Source: Chrysomallon squamiferum (Eukaryota; Animalia; Mollusca). From it: DNA of 64,000 nucleotides. Positions 1-13,610 of the stretch are shown in pieces (the first letter of the stretch is position 1; each line of letters begins with the position of its first letter). The notes beneath the pieces were generated by a model. The model ran no database searches, had not been told where the DNA came from, and worked only from the letters and a program-made list of their open reading frames with translations. The stretch covers positions 27,838,001 to 27,902,000 of the forward strand of contig CM022671.1 in NCBI GenBank assembly GCA_012295275.1, written 5' to 3'. Both the position numbers and the translations under genes were made by a program.

Positions 1-1772
1 AAACACATATTTTACTGTTTTCAAAATCAGTTGTTTATATTATACATGTATAGTATACTGTATTAAATATACAGAGTTAATATATTATTATTGTTAAAAT
101 GTATTACACATTTGTGTCCATAATGTAATAATCAATAAAAGATGCTCAACTCTGTGATAATTCAAATTATATTATTTGTGGAATGACTTAAACGTTTTTA
201 AAATTCTACATAAGTTGTACATTACACTTTGGTCTTGAAATATCACAAAAATACAGACCCATTGTGCATTTAGAGGAATAAAATACTACTACAAGAATAA
301 AAATCTTAAAATATAAACTATAAAATATTTTAAATTTTAATTTGGGATCAAAGCTCACTTTGGTTGTCTATTGCCAATAAACTACACTGCAATATAAATT
401 AAACAAATTCAATATATGAATGTAAGACACAGCAATTAATAAAGGCACATAATAATGTGTCAGGAGGTACCTTTAATAAAAAAAAAATAAGTCACATATA
501 TTTTATATATTTTCAAGTGTTTTTTGTTTGTTTTTGTTTGTGACCAATAATCATGGAGGAAAATGAAATAATAATCTTGTTCAGATGAAGGCTGGCAGAT
601 ATTTGTCAAACTTCGAAACAGTGCAGGCTGAGTAACTCAGCTTATGATGCAATATCTTGAGCCTAGTGAGGATATTTATAGATTTGTATGAAGATTATCA
701 TCTACCCAGTATCTTCATGAGTTCATTATTTTATTGTCATACTCCATTATTACCAAACAAGAAAAATAATGTGGAATATTCTAAAAAGGATTCAGTCTGT
801 TTTGTATATAGGTACACTCTATTTTGTGTAGCTTTAAAAATAAAGCATGCCTTAGTCTAAAAATACGTAACAGCAAAAGACTTTTTTTTCAAAGGAAAAC
901 AGTCTGTCTCTACACTGAAACTGTATTTCAGTTTATGAATAAACTCTGCTTACATATATTACTTGGTTTTACTTAAGATTTACAAAGAAGAATATAATCA
1001 TAAGAACACATAGCTAACAAATACAAAAATACAAATAAAAGAAAACTGCTGATCTTAAAAGGAAGATAAAAATCAGCTATTTCTAATAATTAATAAGTGG
1101 AAAAAGATTAAACCCAGTTAACTATGAAAAGCTACAGGAATATGTTTAAATATATTATTTAAATATTAAAATATGAACAGTTACTGCCTGTTTTACACAA
1201 ACATTCACACACATAAAAGTAAATAAACTAAATATGAGACAGACAGTTAATAATTTTGTTTGCTTCAACAAAATCTGCACCAATAAAATCTAAAAGAAAG
1301 TTTGTTTCTCAGTTAATAATTTATATGCATCAAGCATCTAAATTTGTAAGTTTCATTAGAAAACTTTCTGGTAACTCTGGTATGTCACATAAATTTTTTC
1401 TTTTGCATTAAGTATAGCTGAAAACTGATAAACTAGTATGTGAGTACAGTACACTTGCAGATGAATGTTTAAAACCCACCAGTCTCCTAAAAGTCATGTT
1501 ATGATTATAAATGGTAACATGTCCTCAAACCCAGTAGTAGTTGATCTGATAGTGAATATTGTCAGTTATTAGTTCTTGTTTTGGGGATTTTTTTTTTTTG
1601 GTTAAATTCAGTTGTCATTAGCATATGAGATATTTTGAAATTTATCTCAACTGACAGTCATACTCACAGTAGGATCTGTCTATTCTGAATCTTTAAACAG
1701 AATATATTTCACTCTGTACAGTAGGATTTGGTGTATGTCTAATATTTGAACATAATACATTAAACATGTATT

Positions 1773-4700
1773 TCATCCAGTACAATATGATTTGTGTATT
1801 TCTAACTCTTTAGTGTTGGTGTACATTTTATCACAGAAAGCACAAGCTAGGGTTGGAGCTGCCTGGTTGAAGTTATCTCCGTCAGTCCAGGCATAATTTC
1901 TGGGTTTACCAACAGGGGGCTTACTGGAACCTGAACCATAAAAACAAAATTCAGTTAAAAACTAAATCTTTTAAAATATAAACAGTTTAAACATTCAAAT
2001 TAAGTCTACAAACAATTGTTGCTCTTCTTGTTTTTCTACTTCTACTGATCTAAGCAGTCTAATAATATCTTAAATGAAAGTAAGTAAATATAACAGGAAA
2101 ATAACACTTTTAAAAAGAACTACACTAATAATAATATAATTATATATATTTTTTTGTCTTTTTTGACTCTATATACTATTTAAAAATATGACCTTTTGCA
2201 CTTTTTTGTTGATTTCCTTGAGGCAAATGTCCACTCTTCTTCATCTGAATGTAGGCCCCAATGCTAGTTGCGTTCACAGGGACCATTGTTTTGTTTGCAC
2301 TGGTTGGCCTGCTGTGCTTGCTGCCAGACTTTGCTGAAGCAGCACTGGGAGGTCGTGCTGCTTTACCAACAAGGAAAGTGTCGCTAGGACTGGTGAGAGA
2401 ACCAGATAACACAAACGTCTTATCCTTTGAAACAGGACTAGGTTTGTAAGGCACACTGTTAGATGAATTATTATTAAAGTTTGACCTAAAAAAATAAATT
2501 TTAATTTTGTTTCTTCTATCCAAATAAAGTTTCTGATTTTGAGCCAAAATTCTAATCTATAATCTAAACTAAAGTAAAGAAAAAAAATTATATCATGCAT
2601 CCAATTAATACAAGTTAACAGTATTGTGCTACATACTAATTTTGAATTTATTACTACTAATAAAAACTCCTACCTGTCATCTCTGTATACAGATTCTTTA
2701 GTGGTTCTTTTGTCTGTCTCTTGATATTGTTCTAAAGTGCTTGGATTCCACAATGGAGTAGGCTGTGTCACCTAAATTTGGGGAACAAAATAAACAAGCT
2801 ATTAAAAAAAAATTTCAGCACCAAGTAATAAAATTAAAATAAATAATAATGAAAATCTCCATTCAATAAATTATGTAATTTTTATTTTCTTTGTGGCCTT
2901 AAAATTCATTAAGTACCATATTTCTCTTATCTACCATATGTCACTGAACTAATAACTCACCATATTTCTCGCTGGCTCAGTCTTTTTAGACGTTAGTGTT
3001 AAGACCTTTGTGATGGAGTTTCTTAAACCTTCATTCTGTTCTTCAAGAAGGCGAATTCTTATAGCATTAGCTTCCACCTGTTTCTCCATGTCTTGTAATA
3101 TATCCCCTGATCCTTTTGTCAAATATAAAAATATTTACATATTTTTATACATTTCTTTATATACACATTTTCAGCATCAACAACAACACAACATCATCAA
3201 CAACAACAACAACACACATACATAAAACCTACATTCACAAACAAGCACATCTTTTAATAGTTATGTTCTGTACCAAATTAATATTTCAAACTAGTTATGA
3301 CTGTCGTATGGTTACTTTATTCATATGTTCGACAACAATATAATTATATATTCATTTTAATTATAAAATCAGATTAGTTAATTATATTTTATTGTCAACC
3401 TTGGTAATCCGGATTCACTGGACCGTTCAAGTCTGGATATTCAACAATTAATCTTTCCCTCTCTTTTGCCTCTTCAAGCTTAGTTTCCAGTTTTTGTATC
3501 AGCTCTTGAGTTTCTTGCACTTCTTTTTCAAGTTTATTTTTCGTGTTGGTTAAATTCTTGATTAGAGTCTAAAATTATAAATAAAATATATTAGCATTTT
3601 AAATAATATAATACCTTGTCAGTAACTGTGCTAGATGGTGAATCTAATAAAAATAACTGATAAATTTATGATGTAAAGTATTCATTCACAAAATAATTAA
3701 GTTAATACTCCTGCACAAAATATTGTAGTATTAATTATATTAAACCAAATAACAACAGAAATTCCATATGTGTACTTAAACAAATTTTATAATTTTAATT
3801 ATTTTTATTTTTTTTTATTCTTGGGGGCCTTTGGGACAGAAATCAACCCAATTATGCACAAAATAACTAACTGCTAAATAAAATATTATTATATTAAGGA
3901 CAAATATTCAACAAATATCTACCACTGAACATTTTTGTGTATATTTACAGATGCATAGAGATGTTTTCCTGTGTGTGTGTGTGTGTGCATCCATGCATGC
4001 ATAAATCACAAATACTAGGCTATATAATAAATATTTTTTGCTTTATAAATACATTACCTCATTTTCATCAATGGTTTTCTGCATTTCTTTGATTTTATTT
4101 TGTGTGGATTTCAGTGATTCTTCCAGAGTCTCTTTCTCATCTTCCAACACTGACAACTGATCTCGCAGATCTGTGTTCTCCTGATCCAGAGCATCAATAC
4201 GAGTAATCAAACTGGCTTGTTTTGACTGCAGAGACTGGAGGTTATCAAAAAAACAAAAACAAAATTAAATATATATATATATTGTTAGCACTGATTTATG
4301 ATACTGATATTCCTTCTTATGTTGCAAATAAATAAATAATGTTTCTAAAAAATGAACATTATCTAAATTCTACATTAAGCATCATTACATCATTATATTT
4401 CATTTATCATTCTAAGCAAAATATATAAAAATATTAAAACAGTTCATAGATCACAACATCTAAACTAAACTCAGTATTTCTTGTCCTGGCAATTTCTGAT
4501 GCATATTTTAACTGACATGTACTCTAATTCATTGCTATGTTGGAAAGGTTATGAAAACAATTTTGTTTAGAACTTCTTTATTCATCAAAACAAATAATAC
4601 TTTTTTTATTTAGTTTAGCATTCATTTATTGATTAAGAAATCCTAAAATAAATGATTATTATGGGAGAAGTTAATATCCTGGTCATGATTAGTAAATTAC

Positions 4701-7351
4701 ACAGTAAACACAGTTAGATCTATTGATTAAATGAGATTGATGTATATCAGATTCAGTGCACACTAACTTGTTCATGTTTTGAAACACTTCTGTTCTTGGC
4801 TTGTTCCCTTGACAGATCTTTTGAACACTGTTCTAAGGTTTCTGTCATGGCCTTCACTTTAGCCTCTAAATTTTGAACATAACTCCTCAGTTTTTCTATT
4901 TCTAAAACTGTGGTAGCATTTTCTTCTAGTTCAGCTTTCAAGTGAGTATTCAATGATTCTGAAAAATGAAATATTTTTTGTAAAAGGATGTAACACATTT
5001 AATCCAGTATTGTTTCAAAATTATGTTTCAATTATAATAATTAATTACAAGAACTGATCCACATTAGTATTTAAGTGACAATGAAAATATAAAGTGTGGT
5101 AATTTGAAAAATGTAACAGAAATGATAATATAATATTAAATAAATTATGATAATTCAGGTAATTTACATCTGGAGTCTCAGGGAGGTAGAAACAAGGTAG
5201 ATATTGATGACGTTTTATTTGTAAATCATCTCTGCAGAATGCTAAATCTATTTAATAAAATGATATCAAACAGTAAGATAGTTAGTACGATATATGAGAA
5301 TAGAATAAATTATTTTTCTTCAGATGTTACTGTATACCTAAATCTGTAATTTTTTCAAGTTGAGATTCTAGTTGTTCTTTCAGCTGATTTACGTTGTGTT
5401 CCAGATCATTTCTTGTCACTGTCAATTGAGATTTCTCTTGATTCACATGAGCCAAATCTTCTGAAAACTTTTTCTCTTGTTCATTCAGTTTTATTTCAAA
5501 CTGTCTTTTAAGCGCGGCCTGAATTTCTCTCTCCTGCATCATCTCTTTTTCACATTTCGACAATTTCTGTTCCAGTTTTTTAACATTTTTTTCACAAGAT
5601 TCGACTTCTGATTCCAGACTTTTGATGGTCGAAACATTCTGCTCCAAATATTTGTTTATCCTCATAATGTCTTTGTTCTGTTCTGCCACCCACCTTCTGA
5701 CATCATTATAACCCAACCAGTTCATGTCTGCTGTCTGAACATAAAACTTTTTCAGAGATGTAGGCAAAGACTGGCTTTGACACATTTCTATTACAGTTTT
5801 CCCTGCTTCTCTCAGAGCTTTCTGGACAATGCCGCAGGAATCACAAGGAAGAAAAGCTGTCTCGTACGTCTGGCAGGATTTGTTGTACTCGTCTCTGGAT
5901 ATGTCCGATTCACTTGGACTGACAGAACCTGCTTTAACCCTGGCCAGATCGGCGTCATTCAGTGGAATAAGTCCCATAAGACTGGGTTTAACAGCTGGTG
6001 ACTGATTGCGACACTGTTTCACCTCCTCAGTTAACTTGCTAACCATTTTCTCGAGATCAGCAATCTTTCTGTCTTTGGTTTTCTTCTGAAATAATTAATA
6101 TTTGAGAGGAATTAAATATTCTATCTGAAATGTATGCTTAATTATATATGTAAACAGTCACAAGTGTTTTTAAAAATAATGAATGTACTTTTTAAGACTG
6201 GGTAAGCAATGAAGAAGAGATATTGAAAACCTCTGTGAACTATGGTAAAAATATATCTACAAGGAAAAGGTAACTGGTATTAGTAGTACCTCAGACTTTT
6301 CTTGTTGGACAATAGTATGCAGTTCATTGAGTCGATTCCAGTATTTCTTAACAACCAGCCCCACAGAACTGCTGGTCAACACAGGGTTACCTCCACTTGA
6401 TTTGGTTGTCAACAGTTGTTCTGTGTACTTTGCAAATGCATGAATAAGTAAAACCATTCTAAAACAATACAAAAATAAATATCAGTAATAAAATTTAAAA
6501 TCTGGAATAATCATTCAAATAATTTAAAATTTATTAATAAAATAACTAACTTATCTTTTGTGGAATGGATAATCTCATCAACAAAATTTTAAACATTTAT
6601 TGAATTATGTAATTACCTGTATCTATTATATCCATAGTAGATTATGGTATTTTATATCATTAATTAAAAATCATATAAAAATTAGATATTCAGTAGCTGA
6701 AATATTTCACTCATCTTGATTGTGATTAGGAATATATCAGTTAGAATATTTCAGTACAACAGGTATCTTAAATATTTATGCTTTAATAAACATTACATAG
6801 TGCTGTGCTGATAAAGTAAAATTTGATATCAAACATAAGGTCATTTAATTTGATTTCTAGCCTCTCAGCTTATTATTATATTCTGTTCACTATTCAAATT
6901 AATTAAACATGACTATAAAGAAAAAAGAAAAAGAAAGTTTTAAAAAGTAATAATAAATAAAGAAAGAAGAATTTAAGGGAAATAATAATAATAAATAAAA
7001 TAAGAAGCATAAAAAAAAAAAAAGAAAATAAGGAAAATAATAATAATAAATAAATAAAGAAGTATAAAAGAAAAAAGATGAATTTAAGAAAAATAAAGGC
7101 ACTCACCTGTCAATGACTAGATCGTATAAAGCAATGTGAGCAACTTGACATTCTTCTTCGTCTTCAGAAAAACTGTACATCTCTAAAAGTTCATCAATGT
7201 CAAGGTCACAAGCACATTTGTCAGGAAACTTCCATGATGGACAACTGACAGGGCCAGTTCTGGAACAGATGTCTGTGATAGCACACTGCAAGTCCTTAAT
7301 ATCATTCTGCAGACTTTCCATACATGCTTCACTTCCCAGCATGTAAGCCAT
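1773..7351 (-). CDS. CCDC157: Coiled-coil domain-containing protein 157, 10 coding exons, 799 aa
   Basis: Exons 7351-7107, 6458-6290, 6085-5338, 4958-4768, 4234-4058, 3568-3400, 3112-2961, 2771-2674, 2485-2193, 1930-1773 all have GT-AG boundaries and compatible phases (2400 nt total). N-terminus MAYMLGSEACMESLQNDIKDLQCAITDICSRTGPVSCPSWKFPDK..LVIDR and later SLQSKQASLITRIDALDQE and YPDL..DMEKQVEANAIRIRLLEEQN resemble vertebrate CCDC157 as I recall it. Confidence 0.9.
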
Positions 7352-8090
7352 GATGAGTTAACTTATTCTCTGATAAAAAGAATTATGAGAATGAAATAAC
7401 TAACATGCTGTCATAACGAATTAGAAGTAAAACATAAAATTGATACATTATTTACAAATTTACTGCTGTATCTGTTTCAGCTGGTTACTGCACACATAAG
7501 TTAATTAAATACTTGTAATTTCTTTTAATTTTTAATTAGTGTGATTTCTTATACAATTTCTGTGAAACTAGTACCTCAATTTTTTTATTATTTATTTTTT
7601 TTTATTTTTTTTTATTATCTTAGTAACCATTGATATCAATATTTTGTTCGCATTACAGTTGTTTAAGCCATACTTTTTAACAAACTGGTTACACATTTAG
7701 TAATACACACAACCTCGGAAAAAATTAAATAAGAAATTTAAATATATGATAAGGGAAAGCAATTCATTTGTCTATATAACGTAACGAAAATAGCGTAAAG
7801 TTAATAACAAATAAAATATTATATTATGTTTCAAAATTGCAATTGTATTGTTAATCTTGTTAATATCCTAAAACCTGTCGAATGATGACTGGGATGAAGA
7901 TTCATGATCAACAGATAATGATAATCATAATGATAATCATAATGATAATCATAATAATTATTATAATAATAAAATAATATTGATTAACATTTTGTTCGAT
8001 AAGGTTTAAATATTTAAAAACAAAAATTCACTCAGAATATTTGGTCATGATTGACACGAATATATTAAAAGCAATTAAAGTGAAAGTTAC

Positions 8091-8170
8091 CTCACTGTGT
8101 AGTGTTTGTATCTAAAAGGTGATTAAGAAGAAGTACTTGCACATTCTTTGGCATCCATCTTGTTTATATG
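8091..8170 (-). other. CCDC157: Putative non-coding first exon of CCDC157 (5' end approximate)
   Basis: Donor GAG|gtaact at 8091/8090; acceptor tttatcag at 7370 lies 18 nt before the ATG at 7351, so an upstream exon is required. Confidence 0.55.
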
Positions 8171-8257
8171 TTTCCAGCGATACGGGAGTTAGAATAAGGG
8201 AGATAACAATAAACTATGTCACGCTAACTTTCATTTCGTCTTAGTTCATTTCATGTC
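8160..8257. promoter_or_regulatory. Compact bidirectional promoter between CCDC157 and serine racemase
   Basis: Divergent genes; SRR ATG (8258) is only 167 bp from the CCDC157 exon-1 donor; local CpG enrichment; TAAGGGAGATAAC at 8195-8207. Confidence 0.6.
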
Positions 8258-11200
8258 ATGTCAGCAGAAATAGTTAATATTAAGAAAATTGAGAAAGCGT
8301 TCAGCAGAATATCTAAATATGTCCACAAAACACCAGTATTTACGAGCTCAGCTGCCGATCGAATAACAAACAGATACTGCTTCTTTAAAGCTGAAAATCT
8401 TCAGAAAACTGGCTCATTTAAAGTCAGAGGTGCTTTAAACGCTGTACGATATGATGATTAAACTTTTGTAATTTGATTTTTAAATTACTTCAAATTAAGT
8501 CTGGATCTTCTAACAACTTCATTTTCTAGTATATACATAATTACATATTGTCGTTACAAAAAATAAACAGAGTATCTATTTTGGTAATGCATTATATTAT
8601 GATTACCTTTCATTCTTTTATTTTCATTTTGAAATAAAAAATTTTCTAATTGATTTCTTATTGTTCTGTTGTTCAGATTCTGGCACTGAAGGAAAATGGT
8701 CATCCTGTTACTGGCTTGGTATGACGTTCAAATTACGATATTTACTTTTCTTTTTATTTATTTATTATTGTTAAATTATTATTATTAATTCAAATTATTT
8801 ATTTATTTTTATTTTTTTTTTTTTTTTTTTTTTTTTTCACATCATGAAATGTCAATAAATTTATTAAATTGATTTTTTTAAATCTAGGTATTGAACTTGA
8901 AATAGTTTATAAATATTTAACTTTCTTACAATAAATAAATAAATTCCATCATTACCACACTACCACCTGTTCAGTAGAGACATACTGAGCAAAGTTTATC
9001 TTGATCTTCATCTTGAATTCTGTACTCACTTAAATATCTTTTCTTTATTAATCATATCTTTAGGTAACTCACAGCAGTGGAAATCATGGCCAAGCGGTAG
9101 CTTGGGCATCAAGTATTGCTGGCTTACCTTGTTCTGTGGTGGTCCCAAAGAATGCTCCTGAAGTGAAAAAAGTGGCAATACAAAGCTATGGAGCTGAACT
9201 GACAGAATGTGGGCCTCTGCCAACAGATAGGTAATTGTAAACAATGTGATGTAGATGAAACAAAATAATACATCTAAATAGGAGGCTATGAGGTCTGTTA
9301 TTTAAGAAACTATATCTATGTGAAATACAGAAATAAACTGTAATCACAACAAATTCAAAATATGAATATATGTAGATTCTTCAATTAATGTGAATTATAT
9401 AAGCATTTATGTTTCAGAGTTGCTGTATGTGATAAAATTTCCAAAGAAAAAGGATATATCACAATTCCACCATATGATCATGAAGATGTCATTGCAGGAC
9501 AGGTTAGTTACATTTTTATATAATCAGTATTATCAATATTCTACTGAAATAATTAAGATAACTGTTGAAGGGAAAATGGTATATGCCTATATTTGTTTTA
9601 AAAATAGTTAACATTTAATTATTGCAGCTGCTCCATCTTTTTTTTGTTGTTGTTGACAAATACAGCAAATTTAGATATTTTAAGCTTTAATCTTCCACGA
9701 AACAATATTGCTATTTTTATTTATTTTTGAATAAAGCAGATGTTGTAGATTCTTTTAAGATTCTTGTTTTTGATTTAGCTGGAATTAGATCTGTCACTTG
9801 GCTTTTGTCTATTGGAGCAAAAAACAAAAACAAAAATAATAGTCTTGCTGGAGCAGCATTCATATGCTATAGAAGAGCAACAAGGCTTTTTGGTCAGAAT
9901 TTCTTTTATTAACTTTTGTTTTATCTTTAAGGGAACAGTTGCCTTGGAATTCCTTGAACAAGTTCCTTGTCTTGATGCTATACTGGTTTCTGTCAGTGGA
10001 GGTGGACTATCAGCTGGAATTGCCATTGCTGCAAAATCTATTAAACCAGATATTAAAAGTATATTTGTTTCTTAAATGTGTAATTAAGTATTTAGTTAAA
10101 TAAGCTTTTAATTAAGTGTATTTGTTTTCAGAAATACATGCTTAAATGAAACTACAAAAATAGTTTTAAAAAATTCTAAACAAATTTTTTTTATTCAGTG
10201 CAATAGTTGAATTCCATAATATATTCTTATCTATTTTAAATGATTTTAACAAACATATGTTATAAAGAAATAAGAAAATTACAAATAATAAAAATTAAAT
10301 GAAAAAAAAAAAGAAAAAATATGAACCACCAAAGGCTACAGCATACTCAGACAACATTTTTTTTTTTTTTTTTTTAAATCTAGTCTTCCTTGTTGAGCCT
10401 GAAGGAAAACACATGGAAAAAAGTTTAAGAGAAGGTTAGCTCATTTATTTCATTTGTTTAATATTATATTTTTAAATCTTTTTTATTATTATTATTATTT
10501 TTTTTTTTTATTATTATTTATAATAATATTTACTGCATTATAAGTCCTTGCTACCATATGTCAAATAATTTGGTAATCAGTTTACTAAGTAATTGAATTA
10601 TATATTGCTTTTGTGTGCATTTTTAATTTTTAATTATATTTCAGGTAAAAGATTATGGACAGGGTCACCAAAATATCTGGATACAATAGCTGATGGTATT
10701 CGGTTAGAGCAGCCTGGTCACTTGACATTCCCAATACTGGTAAAACTTGCTGAAAAAGAAGTCTTTTCTGTTGTAAGTTATCATTTTCTTTTTTATTTTC
10801 AGTGTCTGTTAATATTTTATTTTAGAGTTTACTGATGCTTAAGTTGTTGTAGAATCTACAGACTCATATTATTTCCACTATTTCAAAATAAAAGTGAAAG
10901 ATAAAATACAGTGGACCATAATTTGCAGATCCCCAGTAAAAATTAAAATAATAATGCAAGTAAAGCATTTAAAACTTTAAAAAATTTATCATGAGTAACA
11001 AATGTGTTCCTTTCTGTTAGTTTATTTAAGCAAAATCTAGCTGGTAAACCAGTACAGTTCAAATTTTTATACAACCACCTTCTTAAATTTTGGATATACT
11101 AAAATAAAAATGAAGTAATACTATATTCTTTGATTGTAAAATACACTTGTGTACTTTTGAAATATTAAGTACATTATGTCTGTTTGAGTTAGGAACATAT

Positions 11201-11912
11201 TTTTCATTATTTTTCATAATGATACTATTTTAAATTTATTATGACTGATTTAATGAATTTATATATATTTATTATTATTATTATTATTATTATTGGTATT
11301 GCTCTTGTTGTTGTTGTTGTTGTTATTGTTATTATTATTATATATATTTTATTTCTTCAGAATAATGCAGAAATGATAACTGGAATGAAATTTGCCTTTC
11401 AAAGGTTGAAGGTTTGTGATCAGATATTGTGAAGGATCATCACTAAATTGTTGTGATTTTCCATTCTACGACTTCCTCTTTATTGTTTAGAAATGAAATC
11501 TTATTCTAGTATAAGTCATATTTATGTAATTAATCCAATACTGGTAAAAGGAATTAATAATACTTTATTGCATAACAGAGAAATACCACTGAAACATATA
11601 AGCACTCATATACAAACACATACATCTGTAATAGTTTATTGTAACAAAAGACAACCATAATTTATTATTATTACTTTATTCTTTTTTTTTCTTTTTTTTG
11701 AAGTAACATACTGATACTGATAAATAAAACTAGACAAGTTTTTTTTCTTTCAGCTGGTAATAGAGGCTGCTGCAGGTGCAGTAGTTGCAGCTGTGTTGTC
11801 AGACAAGATGAAGAACATGGATCCAAGTCTTAAAAATATAGGAGTGGTTTTATGTGGGGGCAATATTGACATTGATCAACTCCCTTGGTACCAAAGTGGT
11901 GCTGAAACATAG
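8258..11912 (+). CDS. SRR: Serine racemase / serine dehydratase (fold-type II PLP enzyme), 9 exons, 331 aa
   Basis: Exons 8258-8443, 8677-8718, 9064-9230, 9418-9502, 9932-10058, 10384-10434, 10645-10772, 11361-11411, 11754-11912 (996 nt, phases consistent). Motifs: KAENLQKTGSFKVRGA (PLP lysine), VTHSSGNHGQA (racemase Ser), VIAGQGT, SGGGL, TIADG, CGGNID. Confidence 0.92.
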
Positions 11913-13240
11913 GACTGACACCAATTAAATAGAATGACAAAACAAGTTATTTAACTTTTCATCTCCATGATTTCTTTCAGTCACTTCTTTCTTAATTTAT
12001 TTAGGGAAACTAAAAGGTAAAATGTCTTACATATAATCTTTAACCTAGAAACACCTTGTTATAAATTGGTTATTATTTTTATTGCTAATTATTAATCTTT
12101 AGCTAACTCTATTCATGTTCTTGCTCCTGTAAGAAACCAGTCAAAACAATATATTCATCCATGCTGTTCCCAATGTCCACAAAACATTAGAAAATTAGTT
12201 CCTTGCAGTGTATTTCAGACTTAATATTGAAATAAGTTACTGTCATTGCAAGAAATGTCTAACAGCTTATGTTAAAAACGTTGAGGAACACAAAAACTGA
12301 TGAAATAAGAAAAAGGAATTATTCTATTTTACTGTTTCCTGATTTTGTTTTAGCAGATAGTAGCTTTATAAATGCTGGATGTTTTTATATATTTTTAATA
12401 AATATTATTTAATGCATTAAAAATATTAATTTATTTATTAAAACACATCTTTATAATACTTTAATGATGATATTTAAATTTAAAAAAAAATAGTTTGACT
12501 TCTGAATAAACAAAATGTATTTCTGGTACTCTCCAACAAAAAAGTTAGATTACGTCTTTATTAAACCAACAAATCATTAACTCACTAACATACAGTGTAT
12601 AATTACCAAATGAATGTTTCCCTTGTTTTGGGTTCTTAATTATTACTAAATAAAAATTTTATTATTTTATCTGCAAGTGACATGTTACATTATTATTATT
12701 ATATTAATTCACATTATAAATACAGGTTAATTAATTTCGTTTTTGCTATCAGTTTTGTCTTTTCTGTATTGACACAAAATTCCAAGTACTAGGTAATAAA
12801 TATAGCTGTTGAAATCTGAAATAAAATGCTTCAATTATATTTTCTATAAGTCATATACAATTTGTTTTCTTAATTTAGATATATAATGGTTATTTAAAAT
12901 AATTTATGTAATATTACATACTTTTTAATATTCAGACAATGTATTTTATAAATAAACATTATTAAAAATGATTATTTTCTTCTTTATTTTTGTCTCCCAG
13001 ATAAACAGATGATCAGCAAATTTATTGTTTAATTCTCTAACCAGCTACTGCAAGAATAAACAACTTTTATTATTAATTTAGTGATTTCAAATTATTTTCA
13101 TATTTTTAAAAACAAAATTATGAATATAAAAATTATTTAAATGTTCCAAGCAATATATCATGTCAAATACACGTCCATGAATTACATAAAAATAGAAGTA
13201 TAGATTATTTTAATACTATGATTAATTCCCTTTAATGTGC

Positions 13241-13610
13241 TAAGGGAAGTAACTCAAATCAACGTGTTTCATTGAAAACTGCCCGCGGTTTCTTGAATCA
13301 TTAATTGGTAAGATTAATCGCTATTGATTTAAATAGATATTTTCAGTAGAGATAAATGATTTGATTTTATATCAAGTGAAAACAATTATGATGTTAAAAA
13401 CTATATTTCTACGTTGAAATGAATGAACAATATAAAAATACCGTCGATCAAATAAGATAAACGTTGACGCACCTGTTCCAGCAGGTAGGCTGTTGTAATT
13501 TCAAATATTGAAACGGTCTGATGACATCAGTATCACCTGACGATAAACCGCGATACTTTCCCAGTTATTGGAAATTTTGTTTTCATATTTATCTTTTAAT
13601 ATACGTGTTT
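13241..13610 (+). promoter_or_regulatory. Putative promoter and first 5'UTR exon (to donor at 13307) of the KIX-only gene
   Basis: CpG-enriched island in otherwise CpG-poor DNA; TAAGGGAAGTAACTC at 13241; donor TTG|gtaaga at 13308; CRE-like TGACATCA near 13522. Confidence 0.45.

Noticed and set aside
6899-7106. Phe/Leu/Ile-rich ORFs (also 11241-11432, 14531-14794, 34694-34876)
   Set aside because: Translations of low-complexity A/T tracts and microsatellites in introns.
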